From NCBI GenBank assembly GCA_044352465.1, contig JBILDU010000001.1, forward strand, positions 1-64,000: DNA of 64,000 bases. The letters are read 5' to 3'. The position numbers and the translations under genes were made by a program. Numbering within the stretch: the first letter of the stretch is position 1; each line of letters starts with the position of its first letter. The notes beneath the pieces are model-generated. The model was not told where the DNA came from, searched no databases, and was given only the letters and a program-made list of their open reading frames with translations. This document shows, one piece after another, positions 61,182 through 64,000 of the stretch. Source of the stretch: Bdellovibrionota bacterium (GTDB lineage Bacteria > Bdellovibrionota_C > UBA2361).

Positions 61182-62156
61182 CTAACTTCGCTTGGGACCC
61201 TTCCCTCCTCCACCGCGGGGATGCCATCCCCAAAGGGTGTCGTGGGGGGCGAGGTCAGCGGATACCGGCGTTGAGATCGCTGCTAACCGGCCGTAGTGCT
61301 CGCTCGACAGGTGCCAGTCCAAAGCCCCGAGGTTCTCCTCGAGTTGGGTAAGGTTACTTGAACCAACGATCGTTGCACTGACCCCGGGGGTATCGAGGAG
61401 CCAGCGGAGCGCTACCTGACTTAAGGTTCGATCGAGCTCGGCCGCGATGGTGCGGAGTTCGCCCAGAACCGCCGCAACGCGGGGGAAGAGACTTGGACCC
61501 AAGAGCCTATTCTTAGCACGAAAATCGGTCGGGACATTGTCGGGGGTGATCGTCCCGGCGAGGATTCCTTGAGCAAGGGGTGAATAGGCGATGATGCCGA
61601 TCCCGTGGCGACGCATGAGCGGCAATACCTCCCGCTCGACGGAGCGCCATAGAAGGCTGTAGCACGGCTGTAGGGAGTCGATTCGGCTCGGTTCGGCGAT
61701 CTCCTGCCACTCGGGCTCCATCCAATTTGAAACACCGATCGCGCGAATGAGCCCCTTTTCGCGGAGGCGCTCGAGCGCCCCGATAGTCTCCTCGAGTGGT
61801 GGGTTACGGGGAGGCCAGTGCTGTTGGTAGAGGTCGATATAGTCGCAACGAAGATTCTTAAGGGACTGCGTCAGCGCTCCTTCGATCTGATCCGGTCGGC
61901 TGGTGGTGTGGTGAAACTTCGTGGCGAGAATAACTTCGTGGCGTCGGGTGCCGATAGCAGCTCCCAGAAGACGCTCCGCATGGCCATCGCCGTACGCAGG
62001 AGCTGTATCAAAGAAGTTAATACCCCGATCGAGCGCCGCATGGACCACCGAGGCAAAAGTAGCATCGTTCGAGGTGGACCAGCCTGCCGCTTGCCACGTT
62101 CCGATACATAAGCGGGAGACAGAGAGAGGGGATCGTCCAAGTGGGCTCATTTCCAT
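61182..62156 (-). CDS. Aldo/keto reductase
   Basis: FDTAPAYG, ATK, IDLYQQHWP, IGVSN and YSPLAQG. Confidence 0.93.
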   Translation of the reverse strand: MEMSPLGRSPLSVSRLCIGTWQAAGWSTSNDATFASVVHAALDRGINFFDTAPAYGDGHAERLLGAAIGTRRHEVILATKFHHTTSRPDQIEGALTQSLKNLRCDYIDLYQQHWPPRNPPLEETIGALERLREKGLIRAIGVSNWMEPEWQEIAEPSRIDSLQPCYSLLWRSVEREVLPLMRRHGIGIIAYSPLAQGILAGTITPDNVPTDFRAKNRLLGPSLFPRVAAVLGELRTIAAELDRTLSQVALRWLLDTPGVSATIVGSSNLTQLEENLGALDWHLSSEHYGRLAAISTPVSADLAPHDTLWGWHPRGGGGKGPKRS

Positions 62157-62178
62157 ATAAATGCTCGGCGAAAGATAA

Positions 62179-63999
62179 CTACTGAGGAGCTACTACCCCG
62201 GCATAGCGATACCAGATTCGGGCGTCCGCGGGGATAGAAAAAGAAAGCGCGAGGGGTTCGATCGCGCCGGCCCGGGATGGAAGCGGGAAGCTAAACTCGT
62301 TCCATTGGCCGTTTGCAGTAACGGTAGCTTCGCTCACCGTAAAGTCGGTGCCGTCCGTTCGGACTTTTACGGTAAACGGGATATGCGGCTCGTTGGGGGC
62401 GTAAAGCGCCTTCAACTCGAGGCGTAAGATTCCGTTTGATCGGCTCGGTGCGAGGATAATCGTATCCTCCTTGAGCCGGATCGCTGAGGTGAGCTCGAAA
62501 AGGTAACGGCCACTACCATCGCTCTCGATATATCTGATGTCATCCCCGAAACGAGCCGCTTTTTCCATAACCCCTCCGCCCGAGCGGGGATCGTTCACGA
62601 TGATATAGCGGAGTCCAGCGATGGCGGCGAGCTCCCGAATCGCCCGAGCACTGGGAAAGTCGGCGGTATCGTGCGCGAGCTGAGTGAAAAATCGCGGCAC
62701 TCGCTCCGTCGTTGGATTGACGAGACGTAACGCGGGAGTAAGAGGGGCGCGATGGACCGTTGCAATCAGAGATGAACTTCGGGTTAAAGGCTCGGCGAAG
62801 GGGAGCACGATAAGAGCGCTCCCGGGGAGGGCCCTCTCATTGAGTGTGCGTTCGATGTTACCGCTCCTGGGGGTCGGGGTCGTCGGGACCCCGCAACTTG
62901 GGTAGCGGTCCGCGAGAAGCACCGCGCCGAGTAAAGTGACGAGGAAGACCCGTTGTTTCGTGCGTCGGAGCAACCGGGTGAGGCTAAATGCGCCAAGAAC
63001 GGTGAGCGCAAGAGAAAATGGGATCATCCCCGCAATGGCGGACGATATCGGGAGGAAAGAGACGAGCGTTCCGATGATCGAGAAAAGTGAGAGGTCTTTG
63101 GAAGACGAGGCTCCGTATGTCGAAGGACCGAGTGCATAGATCAGGAAAAACGAACCGATAAATGCAAAGAGTGCGATAAGATCCCGGTTCGTCACGATCT
63201 GAACATTGAGTTGACGCTCGAGCCCTCCGAGCCGCCGTAGGAGCGCCAGCGGAGAAAAAAAAGCGACCACAAGTAAAATAAATCCGCTTCCGAACCACAC
63301 CCTTTGTGCGTGCGCATCAAAAAGAATGAGGCTGAGGACTGCGAGGATCCAGAGAGCGAGAAGGCTGCGTAAATGGCGTGAATCGGTGAGCCGGTATAGG
63401 GCGATGAGCGCACCGATCGATACGATGAAACCGAAAATTCCGGGAAGGAAAGACCCTTCTCCGAGAGTTTGAAAGAGACACCGGGAGTCCCCCAAGGTAA
63501 CGGTCGGAAGGAGCTTCTGAACGGTCAGTGTTCGAGCTTCAACTGAGTCTGCGGCAAGTGGTTGAAGAGTCGGAGTGGTCTTCGTGTACATGAAAACCAC
63601 CAGCAACGTCGGGAGGAGCCCGAGGGCCATTCCACCCAGAGGGCTGCGAAAACGGGAACACAGGGCTGTCGGGGGGTGCGCGATGGTCAAACCGAGGAAT
63701 ACTAAAAGCGCGGCCCAGATGCTTATGACGGCGATATCGATGGAGGTCAGCGTTGCGATGACGATGAGGCTACCGAGGACCACGCCGTTTCGAAATGTCG
63801 GCGTACCGATTATCGCCAGAGACGCCGATATCACCAGTGGGAGGAGAAACGCCGCCTGGAGCGCCGGGTTGAGGTCGAGCATCAGAAACGATGGACCGAG
63901 AAGAAATACGCCTCCCCCCAGAAGGCTTGCTAGCCCGGAACCGGTGAGTTGATAGATCAAGCGGAACGAGCAGTACCCATTTAAGACGGTGGCGCTGAG
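62179..63999 (-). CDS. Polytopic membrane protein (possibly GT-C-like), 5' end beyond the window
   Basis: Frame stays open to the window edge; many TMs followed by a soluble C-terminal domain. Confidence 0.55.
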   Translation of the reverse strand, partial: LSATVLNGYCSFRLIYQLTGSGLASLLGGGVFLLGPSFLMLDLNPALQAAFLLPLVISASLAIIGTPTFRNGVVLGSLIVIATLTSIDIAVISIWAALLVFLGLTIAHPPTALCSRFRSPLGGMALGLLPTLLVVFMYTKTTPTLQPLAADSVEARTLTVQKLLPTVTLGDSRCLFQTLGEGSFLPGIFGFIVSIGALIALYRLTDSRHLRSLLALWILAVLSLILFDAHAQRVWFGSGFILLVVAFFSPLALLRRLGGLERQLNVQIVTNRDLIALFAFIGSFFLIYALGPSTYGASSSKDLSLFSIIGTLVSFLPISSAIAGMIPFSLALTVLGAFSLTRLLRRTKQRVFLVTLLGAVLLADRYPSCGVPTTPTPRSGNIERTLNERALPGSALIVLPFAEPLTRSSSLIATVHRAPLTPALRLVNPTTERVPRFFTQLAHDTADFPSARAIRELAAIAGLRYIIVNDPRSGGGVMEKAARFGDDIRYIESDGSGRYLFELTSAIRLKEDTIILAPSRSNGILRLELKALYAPNEPHIPFTVKVRTDGTDFTVSEATVTANGQWNEFSFPLPSRAGAIEPLALSFSIPADARIWYRYAGVVAPQ

Positions 64000-64000
64000 T

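Overview
Bacterial chromosomal window (GC-rich genes, AT-rich promoters) spanning the replication origin: dnaA-oriC-dnaN-recF-gyrB at 39.5-46.4 kb, with DnaA boxes and DnaA-trios between dnaA and dnaN. A split F0 ATP synthase cassette (atpI-atpB-atpE) is transcribed divergently from dnaA, which suggests a deltaproteobacterial-like lineage; this is inference only. Most of the window is housekeeping genes (secA, hemW, glnA, topA, mnmG, mutY, rnhA, accC, trxB, glmU, icd) mixed with unannotated membrane and secreted proteins. The main highlight is an MNIO (DUF692) RiPP cluster at 1.7-4.0 kb whose exported precursor carries K-x-C-S-G type repeats instead of the EGKCG repeats of HvfA. Other notable items are a very divergent Ntn-hydrolase/penicillin-acylase-like secreted protein, a 151-bp tandem array built from REP-like palindromes (not CRISPR), a ~120-bp structured repeat present twice 50 kb apart, a 39-aa highly basic protein missed by the ORF track, and two apparent gene lesions. 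No rRNA, tRNA, CRISPR array, transposase or integrase was recognised. All assignments come from motifs read by eye; no database searches were run.
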